DNA from: Mytilus californianus | Lineage: Eukaryota | Length of the DNA: 64,000 bases | Reading direction: 5' to 3' | NCBI RefSeq assembly: GCF_021869535.1 | Contig: NW_026262679.1 | Span: 83,824,001-83,888,000 of the forward strand | In this document: piece after piece, positions 61,842 through 64,000 of the stretch | How the letters are laid out: each line of letters starts with the position of its first letter | Position numbering within the stretch: the stretch's first letter is position 1 | Notes under the pieces: model-generated | The model's database searches: none | What the model saw: only the letters and a program-made list of their open reading frames with translations | Told to the model about the DNA's origin: nothing | Program-made: the position numbers and the translations under genes

Positions 61842-62906
61842 GTAAGTAAGAAATACATGAGGGTCTGTGTAGGGGTCCTTCATTTCTATGTTCTTTATTT
61901 ATTTTAGATCATTTTTCTCTATTCTCTATCTTTTTTGACCATTATTATCTATTCTTTATTTTCATCTCCTCATTATTCTCAATTCTTTTTTTTTTGCTTA
62001 TTTTTCTCTATTTTTTTATTTTTTTGGTTATTTTTTTCTATTCTTTATTTTTTTTTTGGCCCTTTGCTCTGCAGTTTTTGTAGATTCTCTATTCTGTAAA
62101 CACCAACAATACCCTTATACATGTATAAAGTGATAGAAGTTATTCTGGATTTAAAGATTACCAGTAATTAGCATGAGTCTATCAGACTTGTTTTCTAGAT
62201 ACAACACAAGATAACTTGAAGAGAGTGAATGATACCCGAAATTCCATTAAAAATGAAATAATATAAATCTACAGTAGAACTACCGACTACAGAGTCTGTA
62301 TTGGCCAATTCTCTGTCATCATGAACGTTAAATCAATATTAACCTCAATTGTAATGGTAACTCCAGAAACAAACGAGTAATTTCAAGCTACATACAATAA
62401 AATAATGGGGGGAGAATAGGAAATACAGGAAAAGCATTGGATTGCATGTTTCAAAAAATTTTGAAAAAAAATATTTGAGCCAATTGATACTTAATTCATA
62501 TAGACTTTTCTTTAACCATTAAGGGTATAAGAATACCTCACCATGGCAAAATGGAAGGAGAAAGACTTGTTTGCCTCCTCTCAGGAAATCATTTCTTAAG
62601 TAGCTTAAGTCATGCTTTTTGTTTTTGTCTGTTCCATAAACTATAGCATCCTTCTCTACTTCCTTTGTGACTTTGTTATGTTAACAGGAAACTTTTATAG
62701 GTTTTAAAGATTCACAAAATTAAAAGAGGAAACAATTAAAAAAAAATCTTTAATGTATGGTTGTATCAACCCACACTATTTCATTCTTAAGTTTTTTCTG
62801 TGTTTTTAATTTTTTGTATTTTTTGTATTATTGATGTATGTTTAACATCTCCATACATTTGTAATCAATTTACTGTACTTTATATGTATTTTTGTTTTAT
62901 TTGTAG

Positions 62907-62995
62907 ATCATTTGAACAGAGCAATGAGAACATTCCTTCCCATCATCCTTTGTTAAGTTTTACGGCGGATGCCTTTCTACAAGAGAGTAATAGAA
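62907..62995 (+). CDS. SNX24: SNX22/24-like exon 5: (E)SFEQSNENIPSHHPLLSFTADAFLQESNR; last exon probably beyond the window
   Basis: ttatttgtag|A...AGAA|gtaagt, 89 nt, phase 2 to 1; SHHPLLSF..D resembles the SNX24 SHQPVLLF..D motif. Confidence 0.85.
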
Positions 62996-64000
62996 GTAAG
63001 TGGTGTAATAAGTGATTTCTTGGATATGTCAACTTGACATTGAATTGTCGAATCAAAAATGTCTTTGAAATAATGTTTACTGTATGAAAACAAGGATGAT
63101 ATGTGGTATGTTTGCCAATGAGACATCTATCTATAAAGACCAAAAGACAAAGACGTGAACAATCACAGGACACCATACAGCCTTCAAAAAAAGACTAAAA
63201 CCTGTATCCTATAGTTAGCTAAAAAGGCCACAGTATGACATAATGTGAAACAATTCATAAAGAGAAAACAAATGTATGATCTCCCCTTAATTATTGACCC
63301 TATAAGAATGATCTGTATTGATTCTTAAATGTACAAATATAACAGCTATAAATAGAATTGAGAATAAAATTGGGAAATGTCTCAAAGAAACAACCCGACC
63401 AAAGAGCAGAAACCTTTATATAACTAGAACCCGTTTAGGTATAACAGAAAGATCCAAATGATCATTTAAATCAGTATTTCTATAATGTTATTATGGTTCT
63501 TGTATCAATTGTCTCCATTTCAACACTCTGACATGTACAATTCTTGGCCAATCAGTGGCCAAACAACTACTTTTAAAGAAGTAACATGAGTAATGCCCCT
63601 TGGAAAAATAAATTATATGGAAAATTGCATTGTAAACGCTCTCAAGCCTTATTTTCGTGTAGAATTGTTATGAAATTGATATCAAAGATTTATATATGCA
63701 AAGCCTTGAATGATTTTGAGCGTTGATCAATTCTTTTGAAATGTAATTTTTTTTATATTGAACATTGCATTGTATTAAAGTACTCTTACACCATTATTTT
63801 TTTGTCAGATTTTTATGAAATTTATATCTGGTTTTGTCAGCAAGGTTTTGGAAGAGTGCTGACCAATTATTTTTACATGCCTCTTGGAAAAAGAAAACAT
63901 ATGGATAATAACATTGTTAACAATCTCATGACTACATTTCTTGTAGGATCTTTATGAAACATTTTTAAAAAATCCCTAATCAAATTAGTTTGTGTAATTG

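Noticed and set aside
63809-63957. Phase-compatible candidate for the last SNX exon
   Set aside because: The peptide (FYEIYIWFCQQGFGRVL...) does not resemble the expected SNX22/24 C-terminal motif; the true exon is probably beyond the window.

Overview
AT-rich, intron-rich animal genomic DNA. The repeat families suggest a bivalve, probably Mytilus (inference from recalled repeats, not a search). Five protein genes can be assembled by hand with canonical, phase-compatible splice sites. (1) Frataxin (FXN), minus strand, 5 exons, 191 aa. (2-4) Three diverged paralogous C2H2 zinc-finger genes: ZF-A (+, 849 aa), ZF-B (-, 817 aa) and ZF-C (-, about 880 aa), each with a 3+1+3 finger layout. (5) A 3'-incomplete SNX22/24-type PX-domain sorting nexin (+). 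FXN/ZF-A and ZF-C/SNX are head-to-head pairs around ETS-type CCGGAAGT motifs. The rest is non-autonomous elements: Helentron/HINE-like elements with about 130-168 bp internal arrays, tRNA-derived SINEs, MITEs and Penelope-like fragments. Two observations stand out. First, a roughly 540-bp tandem repeat at two loci carries an intact type-I hammerhead ribozyme in each full unit; at 40.0-41.3 kb two ribozymes flank a 533-nt monomer, which is the layout of a circRNA-producing retrozyme. Second, all three ZF genes share an unrecognised N-terminal module of about 45 aa on its own phase-1 exon, plus conserved SUMO/SIM-like motifs, a gene layout reminiscent of KRAB-ZNFs. All gene models are manual and unverified by transcripts.
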